A stretch of 64,000 nt of DNA from Bacillota bacterium (GTDB lineage: Bacteria > Bacillota > Sulfobacillia > Fermentithermobacillales > Fermentithermobacillaceae): NCBI GenBank assembly GCA_040766745.1, contig JAXGPX010000008.1, positions 11,813-75,812 on the forward strand, in the 5' to 3' direction. The position numbers and the translations under genes were made by a program. The notes under the pieces are model-generated. The model was not told where the DNA came from. It saw only the letters and a program-made list of their open reading frames with translations, and searched no databases. This document shows, in pieces, positions 9,312 to 19,105 of the stretch; position 1 is the first letter of the stretch, and each line of letters starts with the position of its first letter.

Positions 9312-9880
9312 AAGCCGCAGCTGTGCCTCGGCAAGCACACCTTAGCACAACCTATTCTGCTGAACGACAGTTGAACCAAAACCGTGCCTTTGCAGGTATA
9401 TGCTTAGCAGAACCTGGCTTCTGGAACGTCAGTCAAGCCACAGCCGTGCCTCTGCACACACACCTTAGCACAAATCTGTTCTCCGGAACGACAGTCTAAC
9501 CCAAACTGTGCCTTTGCGAGCACACTTAGCGCAGAACCGTTCTCCAGAACGACAGTCTAACCAAAACCGTGCCTTTGCAGGCACATGCTTAGCGGAACCT
9601 GGCTTCCGGAACGCCGGTCAAGCCACAGCCGTGCCTCTGCGAGCACACTTAGCGCAGAACCGTTCTCCAGAACGACAGTCTAACCAAAACCGTGCCTTTG
9701 CAGGCACATGCTTAGCGGAACCTGGCTTCCGGAACGCCGGTCAAGCCACAGCCGTGCCTCTGCGAGCACACTTAGCGCAGAACCGTTCTCCAGAACGACA
9801 GTCTAACCAAAACCGTGCCTTTGCAGGCATATGCTTAGCGGAACCTGGCTTCTGGAACGCCATTCATGCCGACCCTGTGC
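9312..9880. repeat. Tandem array of about 9.5 copies of a 61-62 bp unit in two alternating subtypes (X/Y), homogenised as a 123-bp dimer
   Basis: Identical 123-mers at 9567-9689 and 9690-9812. Units begin CCGTGCCTYTGCRAGCAC (small hairpin) and contain GAACGACAG / CCGGAACGCCGG. A spurious 131-aa ORF with 41-aa repeats reads through the array. Confidence 0.85.
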
Positions 9881-10236
9881 TTTACAGAGACCTGGAGTTG
9901 TAAAGCTGGCTACAAACGTGTATTAGCTTAGTGGAGTTTCATATGGAAGGTGCATTATATGCCAGAGGCGTAATACTAGAGTAGTAACAGAAAACGAAAT
10001 ATTCACTTGCATGGTCCCGGCTGGGGCACGGCTTGGGAACCGTGTCTCTGGTGGCAGATCGGGTGTCCCTGGAATAGCCGGTGGGAGTTTTGGATGAGCT
10101 TGGTCAATCGGGCAAGACGGTGTTTCGCTCGCAGGTGTCTCTGGAATATCTTTCGGGAGTTACAAAGGAGCCTATGAAAACATTTCAGCATGGGCTTGAA
10201 AATGCTATCAACCACGATAGAAAGAGGTGAGACTCA

Positions 10237-11094
10237 GTGTTCAGAGTCAGAGAATTGAAGTTCAAGTACCCCAAGAGCAAAGAAGACACAATAAAAGGTA
10301 TTGAGTTCGATTTTGAAGACGGCGAGATTTTTGGATTTCTAGGCCCGTCAGGCGCAGGCAAAACTACCACTCAGAAAATCATGATCGGGCTTCTCAAAGA
10401 CCACCGGGGCGAAATTCTGTACAAGGGAAAGGATCTCAGAACCTACGGCCGGGAGTTTTTCCATGAAATCGGCGTAGGTTTCGAAGTACCCGTCCATTTT
10501 TCCAAACTCACGGCCATGGAGAACCTTGATTTCTATGGGAGGCTGTACAGAGACCACGCTGACGTAGAAGGACTGCTCAAAAGGGTTGGGCTTTGGGAAG
10601 ACCGGGACAAGAAGGTTGCTGAATTTTCCAAGGGGATGAAAATCCGCCTGAATTTCGTCCGGGCAATGCTGAACAAACCCAGAATGCTGTTTCTTGATGA
10701 ACCTACCAGCGGGCTGGACCCAAAGAACGCCAGGATTATCAAAGATATTATCCTTGAATTCCAGCAGTCTGGTGGCACGGTGTTTTTGACGACCCACTTG
10801 ATGCACGATGCCGATGAATTGTGTGACCGGGTGGCATTCATTGCCGATGGTGAAATCAGGGAAATCGATTCGCCTAGGAATTTGAAACTCAGGTATGGCC
10901 GGAGAGAAGTAAGCGTTGAGTACCGGGATCAGGAATACGGCCTGCAAAAAGAGGCGTTTGATATGGACACCCTGGCTGAAAACGCGCGGTTCTTCCAAAT
11001 TTTGAGGACTAAAGAACTTATAACAATTCACAGCGGTGAGACCACCCTTGACGACATTTTCATCAAAGTGACAGGGGTGAGGCTCCGTGAGTAA
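10237..11094 (+). CDS. ABC transporter ATP-binding protein (ABC-2 type)
   Basis: Walker A GPSGAGKTTT; signature FSKGMK; Walker B LFLDEPTSGLD. Confidence 0.85.
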   Translation: MFRVRELKFKYPKSKEDTIKGIEFDFEDGEIFGFLGPSGAGKTTTQKIMIGLLKDHRGEILYKGKDLRTYGREFFHEIGVGFEVPVHFSKLTAMENLDFYGRLYRDHADVEGLLKRVGLWEDRDKKVAEFSKGMKIRLNFVRAMLNKPRMLFLDEPTSGLDPKNARIIKDIILEFQQSGGTVFLTTHLMHDADELCDRVAFIADGEIREIDSPRNLKLRYGRREVSVEYRDQEYGLQKEAFDMDTLAENARFFQILRTKELITIHSGETTLDDIFIKVTGVRLRE

Positions 11095-11857
11095 AGTAGA
11101 TCAGGTTCCGGGCCAAACCCCGAAAGCAGCACCTGCAAATCGATTGGCAGTCATGTACACAGGCGAAATCAACCGCATGAAGAGGTATGGAATTACAGGT
11201 GCCAGCCTTTTTGTGGCAGCCATATGGATAATGATAATTCAGTTCGCTGATGTATCAGACATGAGTTTCGTCTTTCCGTTTACTTTGTTCATGGATGCTA
11301 CTCTCATGTCACTGCTGCTTGCCGGCGTAACCATGATTTTCGAAAAGCAGGAGAACACCTTCAAATCTATGATGGTGCTTCCAATAACCGGAGACGACTA
11401 TCTTTTCGGCAAGTCTTTGGCCATTGTTACGTCAAGCTTGACTACACTAGTACTGCTGCTTGCATACGGAATCGGGTTTAAGGGCCTGGAAGTGAGCATT
11501 TTAGGTGTTACAGGAGCCGTTGTACTGGTAGCCTTCGCGTTTGCCCAGGTTGGGATTGTCATGACCTACTACTCTGAAGATTTCACTGACCTTCTAATGA
11601 ACATGTTCAAATTCATGATAGTGCTTGTGGTTCCAACTATCCTCGAAATGGTCAATATTCTAAACGTTGGCTGGGTCAAAACTTTGCAGTACTTTAATCC
11701 TACCAAGAACGCTCTTGTGCTGCTGCAGGCCTCAGTGGTTCCCATAGAAAAAAAGGACCTGGCCATTGCCGTTGTATTTATCATGCTTATGGCTGCTGGA
11801 TTGTACGCCATTTCCCGGAAACTTCTGGTTAAGTATGCTGCAAAGGGAGGCGCCTGA
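11087..11857 (+). CDS. ABC-2 family transporter permease
   Basis: Polytopic membrane protein translationally coupled to the ATPase. Confidence 0.55.
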   Translation: MSKVDQVPGQTPKAAPANRLAVMYTGEINRMKRYGITGASLFVAAIWIMIIQFADVSDMSFVFPFTLFMDATLMSLLLAGVTMIFEKQENTFKSMMVLPITGDDYLFGKSLAIVTSSLTTLVLLLAYGIGFKGLEVSILGVTGAVVLVAFAFAQVGIVMTYYSEDFTDLLMNMFKFMIVLVVPTILEMVNILNVGWVKTLQYFNPTKNALVLLQASVVPIEKKDLAIAVVFIMLMAAGLYAISRKLLVKYAAKGGA

Positions 11858-11992
11858 GGTGGTGTCTTCGAGTCCCGGCCTATTACGGCTCAAGATTCTC
11901 TACACTCACCGGCTGTGTTTGGCACAATGTGCGATTATTGTCGAATCTATGGCCTCATGGCCCCAAACCATGGGCATAAGGAGGTGTTCGAG

Positions 11993-12724
11993 TTGTCTTC
12001 CTTCTATCTGACCTACGCAGGTTACGAGATACGAAAGTGGCTGAGGGATCCATTTTCCAGGTTCATAATTACGTATCCTGTGGTACTAGCAGCCATTATC
12101 CGGTTTGCCATTCCGTTTGCAGAAAAACAGGCAGGGCGCAGTTTTGCCCCCTTTTACCATGTGATCCTGGCCTCCCTTGCTTTGATAATACCCAGAATAT
12201 CCGGTGCCATAGTTGCGTTCTCAATTCTTGATGACCGTGATGATAACGTGCTGTTTGCAGTAAAGGTGGCTCCCTTGACCTTTGATTTCTTTATAGGCCT
12301 TAAGATGTTCGTGGTGTTTGTGTTCAGTTTTCTCGGGGCAATGTTTGCAGTGTGGTTTGCCGGCCTGGCATCTGTATCGCTGCCTGTTTTGATTGAAATA
12401 TCATTCCTTTCGGCTTTCGGTGCCCCGCTTATAGCCCTTTTGATTAACTGTTTTGCAAGCAACAAAGTTGAAGGCTTTGCAGGAATCAAGGGTTTTAATG
12501 GCCTGGTGGTTGTTCCGATTGTGTCGTTGTTCTTCTTTGACAAGAAGGAATTTCTGTTTGCCTTCGAACCAGGGTTCTGGCCTGGCAAGGCTTTCAGTGC
12601 GGCCCTTATAAACCCGGACATCTTCCAACTGAGCTATTCCCAATACTACCTCATAGGGTTGGTTTATGCCGTGACTCTGAATGTTGTTGTGTATCAGGCT
12701 TTCAAGAGGAAGATTGACAGTTAG
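11993..12724 (+). CDS. Second membrane permease subunit of the ABC-2 transporter
   Basis: Polytopic membrane protein. TTG start at 11993 follows an AAGGAGGTG Shine-Dalgarno; the ORF-track ATG at 11915 has none. Confidence 0.45.
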   Translation: MSSFYLTYAGYEIRKWLRDPFSRFIITYPVVLAAIIRFAIPFAEKQAGRSFAPFYHVILASLALIIPRISGAIVAFSILDDRDDNVLFAVKVAPLTFDFFIGLKMFVVFVFSFLGAMFAVWFAGLASVSLPVLIEISFLSAFGAPLIALLINCFASNKVEGFAGIKGFNGLVVVPIVSLFFFDKKEFLFAFEPGFWPGKAFSAALINPDIFQLSYSQYYLIGLVYAVTLNVVVYQAFKRKIDS

Positions 12725-12871
12725 GAGTGGCAAAGGTTTGCGTCCCGGCCAGGGTAACAGTCAAAACTAAGGGCTACCCAATGGCCAGGACGCTATTACA
12801 TTTGGTGGGTGCGTGGAATTCAGAAACGGCTGATACGGTCTTTACCATGTCAGCTCGGTAAAACCGATCTA

Positions 12872-13756
12872 CTAATTCTCTTCAATATCCCACAAGTAAG
12901 TCCCGGAGCATATCTCAGTTGCCGGGCCTGTTTGCCATATATGGCCATCGTCTTTCCACTCTACTAGAAGCTGGCCTCCGGTCAGGTTTACAGTGACAGG
13001 GCCATCTCGCCTTACTTTCTTGTGAATCATGGAAGCTACTGCTGAAGCCGAAGAGCCTGTACCTGAACCGAGAGTTACGCCGGAACCTCGTTCCCAGATA
13101 CGCATGTCTATCGACCCATTGGATCTTACAGCCACGAAATTGATATTGGCCCTTCTTGGAAAGTAAGGGTGGTGCTCCAGTTTCGGGCCAATTGATTCAA
13201 GGTCAACCTTCCACACGTCGTCAACAAAGAACACACAGTGGGGTACCCCCACCTTTATGGGAGTGGCGTAATACACAACTCCATCAATTTCTATCGGGTC
13301 GTTGATAACAGGCACGTTCCCGTCCAGTCGAGAAACAGGGATTGCGCTCCGGTCGAATATAGGTTTACCGATATTCATGGTTATGCTCTCTACGACGCCG
13401 TTTTTAGCATCAAGATAGGCAACCATAATCCCGGCCTTGGTTTCGACTTTGATCTCGGTTTTGGATGTCAACCTATGGTCGTAGACGTATCTAGCTAAGC
13501 ATCTCAAGCCGTTGCCACACATTTCTCCTTCCAGGCCATCAGAGTTGAACATGCGCATGCGAAAATCTGCAACATCAGAAGGTTCGATGAGGATGAGCCC
13601 GTCTGACCCGACTCCGAAATGCCGGTTTGAAATGCTGTGGCTCAATTTCGCCCAGTCATGCTCTTCTTTGTACTCGAATTTGTCAATATACAGGTAGTCG
13701 TTGCCAACGCCCTGCATTTTGGTGAAAGGAATCTCGAGCCTTGTCAATTTACGCAC
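12872..13756 (-). CDS. dapF: Diaminopimelate epimerase
   Basis: N-terminal FTKMQGVGNDYLYID and the active-site MCGNGLRC motif. Confidence 0.85.
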   Translation of the reverse strand: MRKLTRLEIPFTKMQGVGNDYLYIDKFEYKEEHDWAKLSHSISNRHFGVGSDGLILIEPSDVADFRMRMFNSDGLEGEMCGNGLRCLARYVYDHRLTSKTEIKVETKAGIMVAYLDAKNGVVESITMNIGKPIFDRSAIPVSRLDGNVPVINDPIEIDGVVYYATPIKVGVPHCVFFVDDVWKVDLESIGPKLEHHPYFPRRANINFVAVRSNGSIDMRIWERGSGVTLGSGTGSSASAVASMIHKKVRRDGPVTVNLTGGQLLVEWKDDGHIWQTGPATEICSGTYLWDIEEN

Positions 13757-13823
13757 AGAATAACAACCCCGATCTATAGCCTAGGCCAGCAAATGATTGC
13801 CGACCTAGGCCTAGTAGCTATAC

Positions 13824-15413
13824 TCAGGCTTTTCTCAATACTCTCCCGGCCCTGATTCCGGTGAGTTTCTCTTCCCAAATCGCGGGTAAGCCATTAACAA
13901 AGACCCCGAAGACTCCGGCTGGAAACTGCCAGGGATTTTGATAGGTACTCCTGTCAGCAATGGTCTCTGGATCGAAAATCACAATATCGGCAACCAGACC
14001 TTCTTGCAAAAGGCCCCTATCATGGATTCGCATTTTTGAAGCTGGCAATGATGTTATCTTTCTGATTGCCTCCTCCATTGCCAGAACGCCTCGCTCCCTC
14101 ACATAATGCCCTAGCACTCTTGGGTATGTCCCAATGCCTCTAGGATGGGTGTTCCCTTCGGATTCTACTGTAAGGTTGCCATCTGTCACAAAGCAGATCC
14201 GAGGATGTTTCACTGCTGCTATGAGATCGCTCTCGTTCATCGAGTGCCTGATTATTGTGACTTGCATGACACTGCTTACCAAAATATCAAGGGCTTCTTC
14301 CTGAGGCGGTTTGCCAGATTTGAGGGCAATCTCGTGAACGCTAAGTCCTTCCATCCATTTATCCTTGGGATTGTCCACAGAGATTAGTACAATTTTGTCC
14401 CAACCGCCCTGTTTTTCAGTGCGAATGTGGGATTCTGCGGCTATTTTGGCACGGACATCACTGTCGTTTCGGAGTAAACTTACCGCCGCAGCCTTGCCTT
14501 CTTCTAGCACCCAGTTAGGTAGAACAATGGCAAGTTCAGTGTTTGATGCTAGGTACGGGTATACGTCTGCAGAGATATCCATACCTTTGGACAGGGCTTT
14601 ATCCAGAATCTCCAGAACCTTTGGGAGTTTGCCCCAGTTTTCTTCTCCTACAGCTTTCAAGTGGGAGATTTCAAACCGTACGCCACTCTTTTCTGAAACT
14701 TCGATTGCCTCTTCAACAGATTCCATGAGTTCAGGGCCCTCATTCCGCATATGCATCGAGTGAATGCCGTCTCGCTCTGTTACTGCCCTAGAAACCGTGA
14801 CCAGTTCGTCAACGTCGGCAAATCTACCCGGTACATATTCAAGCCCGCTTGAAACGCCAAATGCACCTGCCAGCATATGCCTGCGGGAAATTTCGATCAC
14901 CTTTTCCTTCTCTTGAGGAGTGAGGGGTCTGCCAGAGTTTCCCAATAACTCTGTTCTTACATCGCCATGGCCAAACAACATGCCAAGGTTTACTGCAGGC
15001 TTAGTTTTGTCAACTGCACGTAAGAATCCTTCGAAATCCTCCCAACGGATCCCGATTGATTGGTATTTCTCCCGGTTCTTCTCGGTCCAAAAGGAAGTCC
15101 CCCCTGCACTTCCTCCGCAATTTCCTCCGATAGAGGTGGTAATCCCCTGCCGTATGATGCATTCAGCTTCAGGATGCAAGAGAATGCCTCCGTCAGAGTG
15201 GCTGTGAATGTCTATGAAACCAGGCGAAGCAGCAAGCCCGCTGCAGTCGTATTTGAGAGCTTCGCTGGGAATGGCTGAGGTATCCACCGGGCCTACTGCG
15301 GCAATTTTGTCGTCACATATTAAAATGTCACCTGAGATAGGGTGAGCACCTGTACCATCATAGATAGTTAAGTTTTGTAAATAGAAGCATTGTGTGTTCT
15401 TTAGCTCTTTCAT
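13824..15413 (-). CDS. N-acyl-D-amino-acid deacylase-like amidohydrolase (D-aminoacylase family)
   Basis: PGFIDIHSHSD metal-binding motif near the N-terminus; about 530 aa, typical of the amidohydrolase-3/D-aminoacylase family. Confidence 0.65.
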   Translation of the reverse strand: MKELKNTQCFYLQNLTIYDGTGAHPISGDILICDDKIAAVGPVDTSAIPSEALKYDCSGLAASPGFIDIHSHSDGGILLHPEAECIIRQGITTSIGGNCGGSAGGTSFWTEKNREKYQSIGIRWEDFEGFLRAVDKTKPAVNLGMLFGHGDVRTELLGNSGRPLTPQEKEKVIEISRRHMLAGAFGVSSGLEYVPGRFADVDELVTVSRAVTERDGIHSMHMRNEGPELMESVEEAIEVSEKSGVRFEISHLKAVGEENWGKLPKVLEILDKALSKGMDISADVYPYLASNTELAIVLPNWVLEEGKAAAVSLLRNDSDVRAKIAAESHIRTEKQGGWDKIVLISVDNPKDKWMEGLSVHEIALKSGKPPQEEALDILVSSVMQVTIIRHSMNESDLIAAVKHPRICFVTDGNLTVESEGNTHPRGIGTYPRVLGHYVRERGVLAMEEAIRKITSLPASKMRIHDRGLLQEGLVADIVIFDPETIADRSTYQNPWQFPAGVFGVFVNGLPAIWEEKLTGIRAGRVLRKA

Positions 15414-15463
15414 TGTCAGTAATCGCCCCTTTTAACAACCCGGATCCTAGACTGCCTGTTGGG

Positions 15464-16063
15464 CTACTTGATAATCCCAAGCCAGGTTCCAAATATGTTT
15501 TGGAGGAATCCAAGGTATATTGCTGTGTTAGCGGCAACTGATGTTGCAAACGAAATTCCGAAAGTAACCATCATGAGATATACGCCGATCTTCCCAAGAA
15601 ACTGAGTGTTTTTCTTTGGTTTCACGGTGAATAGGAAGTAGTATGTCACACAAAATGTTCCGAGGACCACAATTATATTGTTTATCGAGTTCAGGGGCAT
15701 CAGCGTAGCTGCTACCTGTGGGAAAAGCTGTCCGCCGATAGTACTGCGAAGAATTATCCCGGCTCCTAAGCCGATGGGAAACGCCAGTGAAATTCGGCTG
15801 AGATATTCGAATTTCGGTATGAACTTTGTGTAGAGAAGAACGACCAGCACCAAAGGGATAATAAGTGATATCTTCTTCTGCTTGAACAATGGGTAAAACA
15901 AGGAGTTGCGCAAACTCCTAAACGCAATCGCCAGGCCATGACCTGCTCCGATACCGAGGAAGATATTCTGGGACATCCTGTAAGCTAGCGAGTCTTTCCA
16001 CAAGAATGAGAAAATGCATAGGCTCAGAATTGATGAGATCCATACCCAAATATCGGTGCTCAT
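15464..16063 (-). CDS. Polytopic membrane protein of unknown function (operon gene 4)
   Basis: About 6 predicted transmembrane segments. Start shares a base with the upstream stop (ATGA at 16063). Confidence 0.5.
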   Translation of the reverse strand: MSTDIWVWISSILSLCIFSFLWKDSLAYRMSQNIFLGIGAGHGLAIAFRSLRNSLFYPLFKQKKISLIIPLVLVVLLYTKFIPKFEYLSRISLAFPIGLGAGIILRSTIGGQLFPQVAATLMPLNSINNIIVVLGTFCVTYYFLFTVKPKKNTQFLGKIGVYLMMVTFGISFATSVAANTAIYLGFLQNIFGTWLGIIK

Positions 16064-16911
16064 TATTGTTCACCTCCGGCATTTTTCGGATTTTGTTTGG
16101 ACCGGGATTGTCCCAAGTAGCCAATGTTAGCAACGATTAGGAGGACCAGGAAGTAAAGTGCAGCGAAAGATTGAGCGCCCATTCCCGCAGTCCCTCTTCC
16201 TACTGCCCCCAGAAGTTTCTCATATTCGGCTGCGCCTCTTATGCCGGCTACGAGTCCGGAAAGCTGGTCCGAGCTAATGTATGGCAAGGCCGATAAAGCC
16301 ATGTCCTGGCCTAGTATAGTGGCTACATTGACTCCGTAGTTCGTATGGGCTTGTCTTATCCATCCTACAGGCCCCAGGCCGCCTGATGAGTCGTTGATTA
16401 CAAGCGCAAAATCAGCAGCGCTTTTCAGGTCTCTCATTGCGGGCAAGGAACCTAAGTCTGTTCCATAATAATCCCTGGGGAAGGTTTTATGGACATCCTG
16501 ACACAGAGCAGCAATAGCACTTTCTCCACCTGGCAAGAAACCGAGGTTTACAATGTCTGTGCCGTACTGCTTGTCACCTGCATCGATTGTGTCTAGCAGT
16601 TTCTGTACAAACATTGGGCCATCGGCAGTAGTTGCGACCAAGGCAATCCTAACATCTGGTTTACTGACAATATGTTTATAAACTGCTTCGAGGCCGGGAT
16701 AAAGCTCGGCGGACATGTCAGCAGCGAATTCCACCGAAAGAAGGACAGCGTCTCCAGGTTTCAGAGCATCAATTGTATCATAGATTCCTTCTGTGGTAGA
16801 TGTGACGTTAACCGGCAATGGGATAGGGAATACCAACGGAAACAGTGTAACCAGAAGAAAGCCGGCGTAAAGCCATGAACGATCTATGTTGCGAAGTTTA
16901 TCGAAATTCAT
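16063..16911 (-). CDS. Bitopic protein of unknown function with N- and C-terminal transmembrane helices and a roughly 210-aa central soluble domain (operon gene 3)
   Basis: Hydrophobic segments at both ends; I recognise no family motif. Confidence 0.45.
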   Translation of the reverse strand: MNFDKLRNIDRSWLYAGFLLVTLFPLVFPIPLPVNVTSTTEGIYDTIDALKPGDAVLLSVEFAADMSAELYPGLEAVYKHIVSKPDVRIALVATTADGPMFVQKLLDTIDAGDKQYGTDIVNLGFLPGGESAIAALCQDVHKTFPRDYYGTDLGSLPAMRDLKSAADFALVINDSSGGLGPVGWIRQAHTNYGVNVATILGQDMALSALPYISSDQLSGLVAGIRGAAEYEKLLGAVGRGTAGMGAQSFAALYFLVLLIVANIGYLGQSRSKQNPKNAGGEQ

Positions 16912-16923
16912 AACTGCCCCTCC

Positions 16924-17538
16924 TTATAAACCGACATTGCTTCGTTCGTATCCCAAGATAGTCCTCAAAGCAGTTGCAAATGAACCCAGAGCGGCACCAA
17001 GCAGTATTCCACGTTGGCCTGCTACGTTCGGTACTTGCTGAAGCCAATCCAAAATTACAGGGGCAGAGGGGAATATCTGCTCTCCGATTGATACCACTGT
17101 GACAAGTGTTATCAACGATATACCTAACATCACAGTCGCCTCTCCCCGTTTAGCCACAAAACTCCTGTATGCAGCGCTGAGCATATAGAAGATCTTCATG
17201 CTGAAAATCGTCGTTGCCATCGGAATATACATGTTAGTATACATTGTTTGGTAAAATGGGAGTTCGGTGCCCTTGATAATACCCAAAGAGCCGAAAACAG
17301 CAAGGGCCACAAAAAGAAGGCTTGTTGAAACCCGATCCGCCTTTCGGTTTCTGACGGCACGAACATTAACGACAACAATGTTTACTATACCCAGAACTAT
17401 GGCAGCTGCTCCCAGAATAACCCCCCAATTCTTGAATTCAGAAGCGAGGCTGGACAGAAATGGAGCATCCACAAAATATTCAGCTATCAAGACTAGTCCG
17501 ATTATGGTTACTATGAATGACGGAATTTTGTTTCTCAT
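16924..17538 (-). CDS. Polytopic membrane protein of unknown function (operon gene 2)
   Basis: 5-6 transmembrane segments; 12-nt gap to the downstream gene. Confidence 0.5.
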   Translation of the reverse strand: MRNKIPSFIVTIIGLVLIAEYFVDAPFLSSLASEFKNWGVILGAAAIVLGIVNIVVVNVRAVRNRKADRVSTSLLFVALAVFGSLGIIKGTELPFYQTMYTNMYIPMATTIFSMKIFYMLSAAYRSFVAKRGEATVMLGISLITLVTVVSIGEQIFPSAPVILDWLQQVPNVAGQRGILLGAALGSFATALRTILGYERSNVGL

Positions 17539-17556
17539 GCTTGTTCCCTCCTGTCC

Positions 17557-18348
17557 TTAGTTGCCGTAAGTTCTTATGAACTGACCAATTGCATCAATTC
17601 CGGCAGTTTCCAAGATAGACCCTACTGCGATTACAACCAGGAACGCTATTTTTGCCCAGTCGATGGCCTTTATGCTGTTCAACCGTATGGCATCTTGGCC
17701 GATGTAGGCACCGGCAGCATACATCTCCTCGCCTAAGAGTGAGTAGTCACATGCAGCCACGAAGAAAGGTAGCTGGTACATCCGAGCAGTTCCGGCTATC
17801 TGAATTGACCCTACCTGGAAAGCTGCTTCAGCAAGCATCAAAGATTCCATGTAGAAAGGGCCAATAAGGATGTTTGAAGCTACTTGATTCTGCTGAATAA
17901 GTCCCATTGCGTTTGCTGTGTAGGCCATTTGGTCGTCTGACAAGAACCTTACAAAGTCAGGAGAGTAGACGTCAGCTTTGCCTTCTTCTATATAAGACTG
18001 CCTTATCACTTCCTGACAAATCGGTACAGTTACTGACTTCCATAGGGTAACAATGAGCTCTACATCATACCTTGCCGTAAGTCTTGCAATATGTGCAAGA
18101 ATCTGAAGGCCTGCGATTGTCTGGGAAGCGTATTCTGAGTCGAGTTCTCCAGATCCTGGCGCAAAGTGTACAGGCCTTCCCATTTCGGCAGCTCTTCCTA
18201 CCGCCTCGTCGAGGGCGCCGATTGCTGCAATGGGTCTGACGTATGGTAGGTATCCTTTCTTACCCTTGTTGATAAGGTATATAGTAACTGATACTAAAAC
18301 GAGGAATACGGCCAGCGTTAACGAAGTCTGTACTTTGAACAATGTCAT
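17557..18348 (-). CDS. Protein of unknown function with N- and C-terminal transmembrane helices (operon gene 1)
   Basis: N-terminal transmembrane helix LTLAVFLVLVSVTIYLI and C-terminal IAFLVVIAVGSIL flank a soluble core. GGAGG Shine-Dalgarno upstream of the start. Confidence 0.45.
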   Translation of the reverse strand: MTLFKVQTSLTLAVFLVLVSVTIYLINKGKKGYLPYVRPIAAIGALDEAVGRAAEMGRPVHFAPGSGELDSEYASQTIAGLQILAHIARLTARYDVELIVTLWKSVTVPICQEVIRQSYIEEGKADVYSPDFVRFLSDDQMAYTANAMGLIQQNQVASNILIGPFYMESLMLAEAAFQVGSIQIAGTARMYQLPFFVAACDYSLLGEEMYAAGAYIGQDAIRLNSIKAIDWAKIAFLVVIAVGSILETAGIDAIGQFIRTYGN

Positions 18349-19046
18349 TCCTCCTTCAAAATCGAGATCAGTGGAAACAGCACTAGATGAATGCTTAGAT
18401 AAGTTGCCTATACTACGTCATTTGCCGTGTCTCGAATTGGAACAACATCAGTGAGGTACTTTAATGTGCCTTTTTCACCTCCCTGAGCCAAGATGGCCTA
18501 CTGGACTCGGTAGCTACCCGTTTCATGTCGGGTATCCGCCTTCAGTAAAATAAAACATGCAAATACCATGCCGCCAGGAAGAAAATTGCCACTTACTGCA
18601 GCTCTATGAATTCAGCGAATTATCGTGACAGTTCGGAGTCCGAAAAAACGTACAAACTGCCATCTGATAGAGAGGGGTGTTCGGAATCGCGGATAAAGGC
18701 TCAGCCAATAATAGTGAGTTCCTGAATGTAGGGCCAAGTTTGCATCCAACATGACAAAATCCCATCAAGTTGCCGTGAATTCTATTCTATCCATTGCATA
18801 TAGCGAGCGTTTTTGGTAAGATTCGTTCTAATATCCATTATTCAAAAGTGGTAGGGTTTTTGTCTAAGGAAGTGTACCTTAGGGTTCCGTTTCAGGGGTT
18901 GAGGCAACAGAATGTGGTTAAGCTGTGATATGGCCATTCTTTAGGTTGGCCCCTCAGCACTGGCCGAAATAATTGCAATACCCGGGAAGTCTGGACCGAG
19001 CGGTACTGGCTTTGCAAAAGGCAAAGTACACCGTGGGTGAAAAATA

Positions 19047-19105
19047 CCCGAGCGGCAAGTTCCTTGCACTGAATTAGTGCCGGATTGTCGCTCGGGTTTT
19101 GTTTT
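19047..19105. terminator. Complex intrinsic-terminator-like structure (8-bp outer stem CCCGAGCG/CGCTCGGG enclosing two small hairpins, U-tracts on both sides)
   Basis: CCCGAGCG...CGCTCGGG followed by TTTTGTTTT on the plus strand, and preceded by AAAAATACC (a U-tract on the minus strand). Lies in a 1.3-kb ORF-free region. Confidence 0.35.

Noticed and set aside
9312-9880. Possible CRISPR array
   Set aside because: The units are contiguous with no unique spacers between them, the unit length (61 bp) is atypical, and no cas genes are nearby.
9508-9903. 131-aa ORF with perfect 41-aa repeats (AVPLRAHLAQNRSPERQSNQNRAFAGTCLAEPGFRNAGQAT)
   Set aside because: It is simply the translation of the 123-bp tandem DNA repeat. 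It has no Shine-Dalgarno and low-complexity composition, and the same repeats elsewhere (39130-39560) are not open. I treat it as a non-coding repeat.
11860-11880. TTCGAGTCC T-loop-like motif suggesting a tRNA
   Set aside because: It lies inside and at the end of a permease coding sequence, and the flanking sequence cannot form a T-stem or acceptor stem. No other tRNA-like cloverleafs were seen in the intergenic regions.
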